Origin: Trichoplax adhaerens
Lineage: Eukaryota > Animalia > Placozoa
Direction of reading: 5' to 3'
DNA: 64,000 nt
Assembly: GCF_000150275.1 (NCBI RefSeq)
Contig: NW_002060963.1
Location: 419,978 to 483,977, forward strand
This document shows positions 1 to 12,696 of this stretch, piece by piece. Under the pieces are notes generated by a model that did not search any database, had not been told where the DNA came from, and saw only the letters and a program-made list of their open reading frames with translations. The position numbers and the translations under genes are program-made. Position 1 is the first letter of the stretch, and each line of letters starts with the position of its first letter.

Positions 1-919
1 TATGGGATAGCTATTACTTACTGAATCCTAATTATTTTGAAAGTAAATAAACACTATAAATTAGTATTTCTTATATTAAATGTACACGGAATGAATTAAA
101 TCAGCAGTTAATCATTTTTTTTCTATCTTCTTAATTATAATTTTGTGCGAGAAACGGGAAAGGCTTGATTATGGTGCTATTAACTGTGCATTGCCCTAAT
201 AAAATCGTGCTTTCAACCTGCCGCCAACGATACACAAACAATTTTCTACTGTACTAATATATCAACGGAATACGTTATGTAAAGTGTAACGGAAACGTCC
301 TAATAGTACTAGATATTGATAACGAATTAAATTTCCCTAGTAGTTCTCTTATTACGTTTCCAACAATATTGCAAATTTAATTTTTCTCTTTATCTTTCAT
401 TACAGGTTCAAGGTAATTTTAAATTAATTTCAAAGAATTTGTAGATTTGTTGGCAATAGCCCTCCCGTACTTCAATATATGGGCATATGCGTATATATAT
501 ACTCATATAAAGAGAAACGATAAGTACCTTTTGTGCACAAATTTATTTCTTAAAACAGCAGTTTTATTCTCACTATTTTGTGCTGACAAGTTGATATCGT
601 ATTACGGTAACTGCTTCACTTTTCTTAGTTAGGAAGCATAACTGTGTTTACAATATATCGTACATCAATATACGATTTAAGATTTAAGATTAGTGCTAAA
701 GCATTAGCATTTAGTACCCCTATAGCGTATATGACCAAGTCAGCTTTACTGTATATACCACTTAAAACGGAGGCGATGGTTTAATGGATATTAATTTTAA
801 AATAGGATTATACACTCTTAGTAATACTAGATATATTGAAGTCGATCGCCAAATTTAAAAGATCTAATTATTTCATTACACGATATCTTCACGTATACCC
901 ATTTATTGAACTATTACAG

Positions 920-2945
920 GATAAAGGAAACAGCGATCTTGCTCTTAGATGTTTCATGGCATGTTTGAAAGGCATCAATAACAATAATGCGTTTTCTTTA
1001 CTTCCGCAATGCTTACATAGCGTAAGTAATCATGAACTTTTGGCTTACACATTTCAAAGTCACTCATTTTCAGCAGTTTCCTAGTATCGTTAATTGCAAT
1101 ATTTCTATAAAGCAATTTTCATCCTCTAGTAACCTAGCTTTTTGTAATGAAAAGCAATATAGCAGATATTGTTCTAGACGGTAACAATTCACAGTCTCTA
1201 ATTCTTTTTATTTTTTTGCAACGCTTACTAGATTGCTACTATTTACTTTGAGCGAGAAAATTGTACGTAGCCAACAATATCCAGCATTCCTATCGTGATA
1301 TTTATTAATAACAAAGTGACCCGTTGATTTTGTAACAGATGTATTACATGTAGCTTTTTTACGATTTATTTTAGTTGATAAAGCTGTGCAATTTATACAA
1401 GCAGAAAAGTTGTATTACGAAACTGCTCTAATCATGGATGTCAGTAATCAGGAAGTTACAGTCAAAAATGATGAAGGTATTTCTATCATTATTTTTTATA
1501 GCATATATAACGTATAGGTACTTGTAGAGGTGCATTTTCTATTCACTGGTGACTGCGTTGACTTACTGTCGAAGAATTTGTTATACTAACCATGGTTGTT
1601 CGATTGCATAGATCTTATATACTTAGACATATTGTACCATTTTGATTGCTAAATTATACTTTTTCCTTAAATGTATTTTATAACTTTAATATTATCATCA
1701 TCTTGTTTCTGACAGGAGCCAACACACTAAAAGAACTTTTAGAATTGCAGGTGTGTTTCATACTCGTACGACCGTAAAGTAGTCTTTATCGATATTCTAT
1801 ATAGTTGCTTTATAAATATCTACCCCTCATCTTAGGAGAATGAAGATGATGAACATAAAACCAATCCTTTAGCTGCAAGGGCTGTAGAATTTACTACGTT
1901 AGCGTCCATGTGTTTGCAAAATAACAAGTAAGACGTTTAAAATCACTCAATTGTTGTTTTTGCACACTGTTTCGTTACGATTGTATGCTTTTAATATGAA
2001 ATTGTGAATGATGGTTGTAAAATTTAAATTGAAAAATATTCACTGAATCATAATTTTTACTCTGTTCTGTGCCTTAACATTTGCTCACTTTTTATTGCAT
2101 TTATCCAGTCCCCATCTAGCCCTTGAATATTGCGGCAAGGTGAGCATTAAACGTATCTTTCATGAAATATATACAGCTTAGGATGAATAATTTAATTAAT
2201 ATCTTGGGTATTTCATTTAATTTAATATTAATTCTAATCTGCAGGCAACTAAGATTCGACAATCAATTTACGGAGAATCTCATGACATAACTAAGAAAAC
2301 GCTGGAATATTTTACATGCATCTATGCAAGCGTAGGGAAAAAGCAATATTCTGGTAAGTTGGTTTCCTGTACACTCATATAACTTACTATGCGGTAACAT
2401 CAAGCAATATCGGTATGCCCATTTTGATATCCTTAATTAACTGATCTCGTTTTGTAGATGCCCTGTCCAAATATAAAGAAGCCAAAGATAAAAAAGAACC
2501 CGAAGATGATGAAGCTACTGCAGGTGGCAATCGATTAAGGAAACGAAGTGCTAAGCATCAGAAACAAGAAACTGACGATACACTTGAGAATGAATTAAAA
2601 GATGATGAATACGAAGGTAGCCATCTTTAATATACAGAGATGAACGAATACAATAGATAAATGCTCTTTTACTCTACATGTAATAATACTAATAGTGACT
2701 ATACTTGTAGTTATCTATTTCATGACGTCTGACATTATTCAATGTTATTAGATGACCGAGGACCTTCGTGTTTCTTGATTATGGCTGTTATACTGATCAT
2801 ATTGGTGCTGGCAATCCTCGTTGTGGCCGTATGGTGTAACGTAACTCAATCACTAACCTGTCCATCGCATAATCATATCTGGACCAGAGTAAAGTACTTA
2901 TACTATAACTACAAGCAACAATGGACCAATCAACAGTATATTTAA
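920..2945 (+). CDS. CNST: Consortin-like protein (connexin sorting protein family), multi-exon, 5' end not resolved
   Basis: Spliced exons (920-1021, ~1231-1261, ~1375-1476, 1716-1750, ~1836-1927, 2109-2139, ~2245-2353, ~2458-2616, ~2751-2945) read ...LPQCLHSIATIYFERENFDKAVQFIQAEKLYYETAL..., recalling the consortin N-terminal block (LPHCLHQIAESYFQEEDYEKAMKFIQLERLY). They end in a C-terminal TM segment SCFLIMAVILIILVLAILVVAVWC followed by a second Cys, as in the consortin C-terminus. Confidence 0.75.
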
Positions 2946-4500
2946 GATTGCAAACATTTGCAAAAAAAAAAAGGATCCAGCAAACGAAGATAGCCTGTAC
3001 TTTATAACTTGCATGTATAATATTGTATTACATTAATTTTAATCGCTGTAGGAAAACCTTTTCGTTAACTCGCAGACAAATGATAAGAAAGGACATGTCT
3101 CATGTCATTAAGATATTTATGGAATTTTTGTGGTTTCATGCTAACTAACTTAAAATGAATACGCAGTAATTGTTCTATTTGATCTCGCTGCAACTGATTT
3201 CAGATTTGGTGCAGTCTCCATTGTTGGCTTTTAAAGATTTTATCTGATAACTTCATCGATATCAGCAGAAATTGTTCTTGTACAGTAGTTCGGGTAAATG
3301 GACGATACAGCTCTTGCAAGTAGAGGAAATGGTTGTTCTCGAAGCTAGAAAAATGTTTCACAACAACTACTGCTGCAGTAATATCAATTCATTAGTATCT
3401 GTGTTTGTACAATATTATTTTTACAGTTAGATTAATTCTAATAAATTGTGTTTACTATGTGCTATAATTTATACTAGATTGGTATGTTGCAGAGGAATGG
3501 TTACTGACATTAAATAGATGGTTTACGCTTTGCTTTTCCCATCTTTCTGTTAAATTTAATTAGTAATTGTAATAAAAGTGTCTCACAATAGCTATCTTAG
3601 TCAAATGGTATTTTCTGAAAGGCATTTATTACAAGGTTTTGGAAATGGTAGAGCAATAATTAATTACTGTAAGAATCTAGTCCAAAATCTAAAGTATCCG
3701 GAGTTTAAAGCGAAGTGAATTCTCTTCTCCTTAGAGCTCATCTCTGCAGTTCTTCTATACATTTCTTTAAATCCATTTATGACAACTTGATTAATCTACA
3801 ATCAAACATAAGTCATTCAATAAAATACTTTTCTCAAGTAGTACATCATTATCTTCTACAATCTAAATCATTCTACCGAAGATATCACTACTCTTCTATT
3901 AACGTCTAACCCCTTCCTCCGAAGGGCATCTTAACGACTATAGTGTTTCTAACCACATAAATCTTGTACCATAATTAGTCAACTGGCTACTATTAGTCAT
4001 CAACAATTTCTAATATAGTAGTTAGCAATCATTTAATATTAGCTTCATGATAATATCTATTCAGAATAACCTAACTATATCCAATATAGCCGTGCTTATA
4101 ATCAAATATGGTGCATCACAACAGTGATAGCGTAGCTTGATCACCGCAGGCATTGTCTGTTTGTGTGATCTATCACCGAATGGAAATAGCAGTGCCTGAA
4201 CTTGTCTACTTTACTGTGATCTGAAATGGAGAGGATTACGGATTCCTGAAGGATTGGATTTTAATGATTTGCGACCCTTAGTCATCTCCTTTTTTCTTAG
4301 GCCCCTGTAGATTGCCATATGTACTCTTTTTAGTCTATGACGTATGGCATCCCAGATAGTTTCCAGTCAAACCGCACAATACTGTCCGAGAAATCTTCCT
4401 TCGCGTTTATCAGTGCAGTGAAATTCCTACTTGACATCTATTTCTGTCTGTACTGTTTTAAAAATGGATATTTAGTGGCTAAATTATTCCATTAAGTTTC

Positions 4501-4700
4501 CCCCCCCCCCCCGCCAAAAAATCTGAATCCTTCAGCAGGGAGTAGAAGAAACAATTTCATTGCTCCGTTTCGCGATACCCATAATATTATTATTTCGTTC
4601 CCCCCCCCCCCCGCCAAAAAATCTGAATCCTTCAGCAGCGAACAGAAGAAACAATTTCATTGCTCCGTTTCGCGATACCCATGATATCATTATTTCGTTC
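4501..4700. repeat. Tandem duplication of a 100-bp unit starting with a long poly-C run
   Basis: 4501-4600 and 4601-4700 are near-identical (Cn-GCCAAAAAATCTGAATCCTTCAGCAG...CGCGATACCCAT..ATTATTTCGTTC). Confidence 0.95.
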
Positions 4701-5367
4701 GCTACTGCATGGTGGACTCTTCATTCATCAATGCGATCAAGTACAGTAGTACTGCTGTGAAATTAAAAATTTTCATCCAAATTCGTGGCAGCATTCTCGC
4801 ATGTTAACATACCGTCCTGTGACCATGATGATGATCACAGTTCACAGGACTGTCTATGGTAAACGCTAAGAAAATACGATGGACTGTTTGTTTTATACTG
4901 TATAACTGTATTGTATCCAGTTATCATCTGGTTGTTAAAAATAGTTATCATGCAAACCAGTCTTGAATGAACGTTGTTAATGGACATTGTAGTTTGTTGC
5001 TTCATGGAAAATTGCTTAACGCATTTAAAATATTCCAACCAACCCTGGCAACGAAGTTATGCCCCAATTTTCTTGCTTAGCCATCTTCAATGTTGACGAC
5101 AGCATGGTCTACCATGAAGTCAGTCATGCTGCTCCACGACCTTGGCTGTGAATGAATGGCAGTCTGAGATTGTGCCGTGGCTCGTGTTCGACGTGTTGGA
5201 GGTGTGCTTCACCTGTCCGCTCCATAGACTTTGTATAAAAGAAGGAAACATTCGATCGCCTAGTGTCACCCCATCTCGTCGTGTCATAGCGCCACATTCA
5301 TTCAATCACGTTGCCATAGCCATACACAACCGCCTCGAACGCTGACTGGACTGCGACCTTCATCAAG

Positions 5368-5460
5368 CACGTGATAGATACTTGGTGGCCTATTGTTTCA
5401 AAAATACTACGATGCACGTGATTGGTTCATTTCCGTATCAGGAGAGCGCTTAATTTGCAT
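5368..5460. promoter_or_regulatory. Cluster of promoter-type motifs (two E-boxes, CCAAT, octamer)
   Basis: CACGTG at 5368 and 5415, ATTGG (reverse CCAAT) at 5421, ATTTGCAT at 5453, next to a locally GC-richer segment. No target gene was identified. Confidence 0.35.
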
Positions 5461-7169
5461 TTTACTATTGTTAAATTTGCGGAATATTTGCACTCCGCCT
5501 TTTTATTGAAGGCCTAGTCTACCTCTTGAACGATAGCAAATGCAGCATGGAATTGTATAGACTAGGGGAAAAAATAATAGACGCCTATCGATTGCTGTAA
5601 AAGTGCTGGTTAACACGGTCAAAATAACGACTTTTGATAGGGCTCTTGCATCCATTCTGGCCGATACTACCCCCCCCCCTTCGGTCAATGTAGGCAAGTA
5701 ACTGAGTAGCAAGATTAACCGGTGCTTCGCCAACACGACAGTTACTCGAGCCTATCCAGCCGATTACTCAACCAACTCTTGGTGATCCAAATTAGGCCTA
5801 GCGATCATCGATCCATTGATTTACTCTTGATTGAAGAAGGACAAGATATTGCTCCAATCGTAGGCTTTAAAAGGTATAACAACCATTCGGATCTCGATAC
5901 TTGCTATATCGTAAATTGGGCGATAGCATCAGATCCAACGTGACAACGTATTTTACTACAGCTTCAATAAATTAATGAATTATCTATCGACACTTATTTG
6001 ATTGCTTTGATGGAGTGCTATTTTATCAACGTTCAGTTCTTTTAAAGACATACGTGATTGAAACCTTGCAATGGACTAGCTGATCATGCTATTCTTATCA
6101 TACAGCTATATTGCCTTTACAAAGTGCCCTACGCTGGATTGAAATCTTTTTGAACCGTTCGTGATACGTATTCATCGCGCGATGATGATAACTTGATGCA
6201 TTCCCGCTATCATTATTGTAGTAATAAGACTGCATCAATCTACTAAGTTGCCTTCTACATCCATGATTGCGGCATGATGATTGCAATATAATTAGAGTTA
6301 CTTGACGATATCATCTTACTGTATGGTAGTCTTGACTTAGGACGGCAAAGTGCTTATGCACTGTACTCGTAAAGTTCGAAATCGAGCGAATAGATTGATT
6401 GATTTTATACGGTAGACTACATCAAAAAATAAATAGTCCTCCATGCTTCTACAACAAGCAACACTATCGTTACTACTACCAAGGTACAAAGCACGGCAAA
6501 CTCTTGACATCACTTCGTGCCACACTTTTCAATATTGCCAACGATCATGCTCGTTAATATCGGAAAGGCGTTTTAATTTGTACCTAATTATCCAAACTAG
6601 ACAATACACATGGACATGGACAATCTTTCAATACACGCGTATAGGTATATCATCTCTTAGGGACTGACTACTATCCTATTCGAATGTCATTAATCGCAAC
6701 GTGTAAAAGTAGTTGGAAGCCTTCCTATTTTGAGCCCTTTCATTTTAGCTTAATAGCAGATATTTCCATATGATAAATGGTACGATGTCCCGATTAAATA
6801 TTAGAGTAACGTTAAGTTAATTTACTCTTAATAGATAGTAAATAATTCATGAGGGTCAAAAAATTGTAGTCAATAGTGTTGTCTTACTTGAAATCGTAGA
6901 GCAGTGCTGTCGTCTCAGTCACAATGTGCAAGTTTAAAATGGTGACTAATAGAGATATCAGCATTACTCTAGATTAGATCAATGATACGATGCGCATACA
7001 GCATTTATAATATTGAAAATCACTCACATAGATAGAAAATATCCAAGTATTGATCGTGTTATTGTACTGTACTGTATTAAATAGCGACGTACGAGTAGAT
7101 TGCGATGGAATCATTTGCTAATCGTTCTGATCAAATTCATTCCAGTAGTACAAAACTATCCAGGCAATT

Positions 7170-9976
7170 ATGACGGCTAAATCAGGACACGATTATCGAT
7201 ATTGGTACCTGAATGGTATCCCTTACGATTTTAAAGATTTTCTTAAAAATCATCCCGGTGGAATAAAAGCTATTATGCTAGGACGAGGAAGAGATTGTAC
7301 GGCAATGTTTGAATCTTATCATACGTTCAGACCTGCTGATGCTCTATTAGAAAAATATAAAGTCAAAAACGGAAAGGTAGTTGAAGGATCATTTTTCACC
7401 TTTGAGCCCGACGGCTTCTATATGACAGTGAAAGAAAGAGCTAGGTAAGTACATTGAATCTTCCTATCTAAAAACGGAAATTTTAAACGATAGATCGTAA
7501 CTTATTTTAAATTAGAAAATTATCGATTATTTGATAGCTCAATCTCCTTCGATTTCCAACCGGTAAAGTATTTCATTTCGCAAATAAATACAAATAGTGT
7601 TAGCAATCCTTTCCTGCTCACTACATGCTGTTAAAGTACAGTACATAATGTTCGGAATAAAGCAGGTATTGATGTAATCTTCAATCAGTAACAATGTTAA
7701 TATCTAGTAATCACAGCTACATCCGGTTATTTCAAAATACTTGCCAATGGCAATGGTATATCAAGGAATCATTATTTTTTAATACCGTATATAAATGGAT
7801 GTCATACCTTATCTTCGATTTCGAAATTATTTTAAATGTAGCAATATCAACTGTAAAATAGAGGTACAGTAAGTAATTCCCGTTACACTATTTCTACCCG
7901 TATAGAAATAATAGTCATATAGCAACAATCGGTAATTGTAACATTTACTTCCGGCTAAGATTTTAGGTTTATTCATATTTTTGGTAAAATCATTTTTGTT
8001 TATGCCATGGCGAAATAAACAGTCAAGGATAAATCGTCACGTTATCTGTGTAAATGTTATATATGCTGTATAGCTGAATGACCACTCTTATCCGTATATT
8101 GATATTATTTTTATTTTACACCAAATTGAATGTAACCGCGATGATTCCACACTCAAAATTTTAATTCAAAATTTTTATGACCCCAGGCAATACTTTAAGA
8201 AGAACAAAATCAATCATACCAAGGCTGACTATTTAGTCGGTGCTTTTACCCTATTAGAAGTAATAGCAACATACGCCTTTATGTTGTTAACGTTTATGAC
8301 AGGTAAGAGGATACAACAATTCTAATAGTGTATGTGGAGAGAAAATATATCCTTTATGACATGGATATATTAAATTATAAACTTTACAGGAAATTGGATA
8401 TATGCTGCATTATGGGGATTTGGTAGAGCTATGTGTATCATTGGTCCAACACATGCTGGCTCTCACTATGCATTTTCGAGAAGCCCTTTTATCAACAAAG
8501 CCATTTACATTGTATCGATGGCCATCTCAGGTATTCTATATTTTGCAAAATAGGACCTTGCGTATACGAGCAGTAATCCAATCTGCTATTCTATATATTT
8601 CGCGAACATGACTATTCATGTTTACCCAATTAACCATCCATAGGTAGTACACCGGCTCAATGGACATCGAAGCATGTTATCGCTCATCACGTTGACACCA
8701 ATATAGTTCCTGTCGACGATGATACTGTAAGCCAATATTACAAAATTGATCAATTTTATATAATACTACAATATTTCTATATAATACAGTACTATACTAT
8801 AATATATTATTCATCATGAATGAATTACTAGATAACTATCTTCTTAATGAAGTAAATAAACATGCATCTTGGTTTTGACCGCTACTGATGTATAAGTATC
8901 TAAAGGAAATATACACTATCATATTTGTTTACAAATAATATAGATGTATCCATTAAAACGTGTACTACCAGCCCATAAAAGGCTCGCATTCCACCATCTA
9001 CAGCATATCTATATATGGTTTTTATATCCGTTTACCTTATCTTTCTGGAGCATCTCCAATGCAATAAAATTATTTGCTGATCCACCTATAGAAGGGGTTA
9101 CACAAGTTATTTACTTAAATAAGCTGGATATATTGGAAACATGGATAGTTCGTAAGTAATAGTAGCATTAATTATCCTGTTGTTTGGTGAAATGAGTGCC
9201 TGGTACTGTGATAGTACATTTAATTAGACATTTTATCCCATTAAATCATTTTAACTAGAATCTATCTAATGAATGAAATCTTTCCATCTCATTTTATAGT
9301 GGCTTTTCACTTGGCGCAACGTTTTGTATTATTTTTCGTATTTTTTCCATTTTCGGAAGCTATAAAGTTGTATTTAGTATCTGAGGTAAGGTTTACAATA
9401 ATGAAGCTATAACAGCTACCGTCTTCGTAGTGAACAATAACTTAAAACATCAACTTTGTTTTATTTCTAGATGATAGCTAGCACGTGGTTCTCATTACAG
9501 TTCGCTGTCAATCATGAGGTAGATGGCGTTGTTGACCACACTCCGAACAAGAAGGTAGACTGGGGTAAACATCAAGTCATAACATCACACAACTACGGGT
9601 CAGATAGGTAATTTTAACTTTACAGTTTCATAATCGTTGTACAAATTTTACTGATTAATTACCGGAGTCTATATTGATCGAAATCTTTAAGTATATAGTA
9701 GAAGGGTGTCTACATTATCCTTAATCATTTCCTTTATTATCTTTAATTTGCTACAGTTATTTGGCACTGTACTTATCTGGTGGATTAAACACTCAAATCG
9801 AACACCATCTATTCCCTAGTGTTCATTATCATCATTATAAAGAACTATCAAAAATTGTTAGACGGACATGCAAGGAATTTAACATTAAATATATTGCATC
9901 ATCTAATTTTTATGAGGCCTTGAAAGCTCACTATCGCCATTTAAGAAGAATGGGACAACCGATTGAAGCGGCTTAG
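7170..9976 (+). CDS. Cytochrome b5-fused front-end fatty acid desaturase (Delta5/Delta6-type), 8 exons, 421 aa
   Basis: Exons 7170-7444, 8187-8302, 8390-8530, 8644-8726, 8944-9151, 9300-9385, 9471-9607 and 9757-9976 join in frame (1266 nt). HPGG heme motif; His boxes HAGSH, HVIAHH, QIEHH. Confidence 0.93.
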
Positions 9977-10665
9977 CTTACATTAAAATTTCAATCTTTA
10001 GATTAAGCAAAATACCTTTAAAAATATCATCCATGCTACAAGGATTGTTCATACCAATAATTACATTAGGCTACTTATGTTTTTGTATTACACGAATCTC
10101 ATACTATGATAGCGCGTCAATTAATTTTATATTAAGCTGTTAACTGAAAATTGGTTCAGGTGTTAACTTCTTACGAGAGTAATTTGAAACAAATTGAAAG
10201 TTTTCAAACGTAAAAACTTTTGACCATTTTAAATTTTTTCGGCCACAACTCAGCCGATAATACTGTAATAAATTGCTCATAGTTGATAAATAATAAAACG
10301 TTTGAGACAATATCAAACGGCATCGAAATCTGTAAATCAGTGATCAGTTGCATAAACCCAAACTAGTGTAGAATACTTAAGGTATTAAATTAAACTTGTA
10401 TTTTCATCCTTGATAAAATAACTAAAAATTAAAAGTGCCAGATAGTTGTACAGAAAAGTATTATAAGCGCAAAATATCAACTTTTAATTGGCTTTACACA
10501 TTAAGAATGAGTGAATAAGCATTCTATGTACGATTATTATCAGTTAAGAAAAGTATTGCTCGGTAACGCGAGAAGCACTATACGAGCGTGATATCTACTT
10601 GAGCTACTCTTAAGTGCTGATGCAAAATGATTACTAGACATTCAAAAAATTTGAGACGTGAAAAT

Positions 10666-12696
10666 CTATAATTTGGATATCTGTTTAACACTGTAGTTTC
10701 CGGTCATGTAAAATATATTAACATTCTCATGCTTCATAACAAAGTGCAGTTTGTCATCATCTTCATCTTGCCATGTGAAGGTATCTAAAAGCTGATGTTC
10801 AAACATTTGCTTGTAATAGCTAGCGGATAATTCAGTTAAGCAGGCAGGATTAAAATCACGACCGAACGATGTCCGATATGCAGATGAACCAGATGAAACT
10901 GCCTTACTTGCAGCATCAAAACAAGCTGAGATATAGACAGCATTATTGACATGTTGGTTAATGTCGATATCATTGGACCTAATGGTAAAAGAGTACTTGA
11001 AGGCTTTGATAGGAATCTGGTTAGGGCATGTCACCTACAATAGGTAATAAATAATCGCATACATGCATTAGCTAAGAAATCAATCAAAGAATTTTAATAG
11101 TTCATTTTGAATTATATGTATGTAAGTAATGGTCCATTCACAATACGTACCTTTGAGTAACTCTTCTTATTTAATAAGGGGGCAAGAGCTTCTAATAACA
11201 TTATACTGTCAGGAATATTAGCTACACGACCATGATTAACTGAGACCAGTTTGGTCGATATAGTGAGTAGTTTATTGGAACCTACTTTCAATATGTGGTC
11301 AAATATTACCGAAGTACGATTCATACTAGCCAGTTGTATGCTACATTTTACAAGAGCATCTGGAAGAATAGAGTAAAAGCCAGGGGCAATTTTGACTTCA
11401 TGTCTGACAGGGAAGAATCTACCATCACTGTAGGCAGCTCGCACGCCAAAAATATCAGCAATATCCATTGTCATCTTGTCAAGAGCCACCTTATAGCTTA
11501 ACATTGTGTCTAATTTTGCATTATTAAAGCGATCTCTTAGCCGATAAAATCCAGGTACATCATAATTACAGCATGTTTCAGAGCGTTGAAGGGGTATCTC
11601 GTAAAAAGGTAATTTTTCGGCTTTAAAGTGAGTATTAACATCAAAACTGGCAACACAAACGATGCCATCTTTACTGGTAATACGGAAATCGATGATGAAA
11701 CGTTCAGCAACATTTTGCTGCCATATCTCTACTAAAAGATTTTCTTCCCTCACCAAAGACAGGACATATATTTGCATTCTAGCTAATCGCAATATATGAG
11801 TAAAATTTTGTGCACCTGGAAGATGCTTACAATAAATAGCATGACTAGCAGCATGTTGGCAATAAGTCACATAACAAGCTGTCGGTACGAATCCAGATTG
11901 ATTCAAATCTTGCGGCCGAACAGGAAAGGAATGTGAGTGGATAGGATCTTTACGACGGGATATTTCTTTAATCTGAGCAAAACGTAGAGTTAGTGATGAT
12001 TAAGACTAGGCAAGAACACAATACTTGCGTAAAGAGAAAAGATGAGCTGTGCAAAATGAAGATGAAGTAGGTAGTTACATCAGTGCTGTTACAGTTCACT
12101 CTGTTATACAAATTAAATTATTGTTATTTGGCAGAAATTTCAAGCAACTTAGTCCTGAAACGTATCAACTTAACAAAATGCAACGGTATAAATGGTCATG
12201 TTATAAAGAGTAAAGGTGTAATGAATCTAGAGTTATGCATTGGATTACTGTAATTTTTAATAAAACAGCTACAAACCTTCAAAATTTCGTCCTGATTTCT
12301 ATCCACATCCACTTGAAAACGTTCGTGATTATCTACTGCTCGTCTATTAATAATTACTTGGCATAATTCGTCTTTGTGAGACTCCTCAGACTGATTAGAG
12401 AATGTTAATCTAGCCATAGCACGAAGATGATGATCGGAAATTTGGGGTACTTGAACTTGGATATCGCAAGCACCACCACATTGCAGGGCATTAAATTGTG
12501 GAGTAAAATTAAAAACTATCGTCGTCGTGATAAGTTGACTGACAGCATGACTTACTACAGTCGAAGAATTCTCTTTTAAGCATTTATCAATGAAATAATC
12601 AAGGGTTAGGATGGCATTTTCCAAGTCGGCCATGGCATATCGATTAATTCCATAGGTAAAATTACGCACTTGATGAAACTGTTGTTGGATCGCCAT
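10666..12696 (-). CDS. Multi hot-dog-fold acyl-ACP/acyl-CoA thioesterase-like protein, 3 exons, about 536 aa
   Basis: Phase-0 exons 12696-12277, 11972-11151 and 11034-10666 with GT/AG borders. The C-terminal motif IRSNDIDINQHVNNAVY matches the DxDxNxHVNNxxY acyl-ACP thioesterase signature; a degenerate copy (VRPQDLNQSGFVPTACY) lies earlier. Confidence 0.8.

Noticed and set aside
3200-3345. Possible minus-strand terminal coding exon after a TTTTTCTAG acceptor
   Set aside because: None of the three frames gives a recognisable protein and no upstream coding exons were found.
5722-5735. GTGCTTCG resembling the U6 snRNA 5' end downstream of the octamer
   Set aside because: No ACAGAGA box or any further U6 similarity follows.
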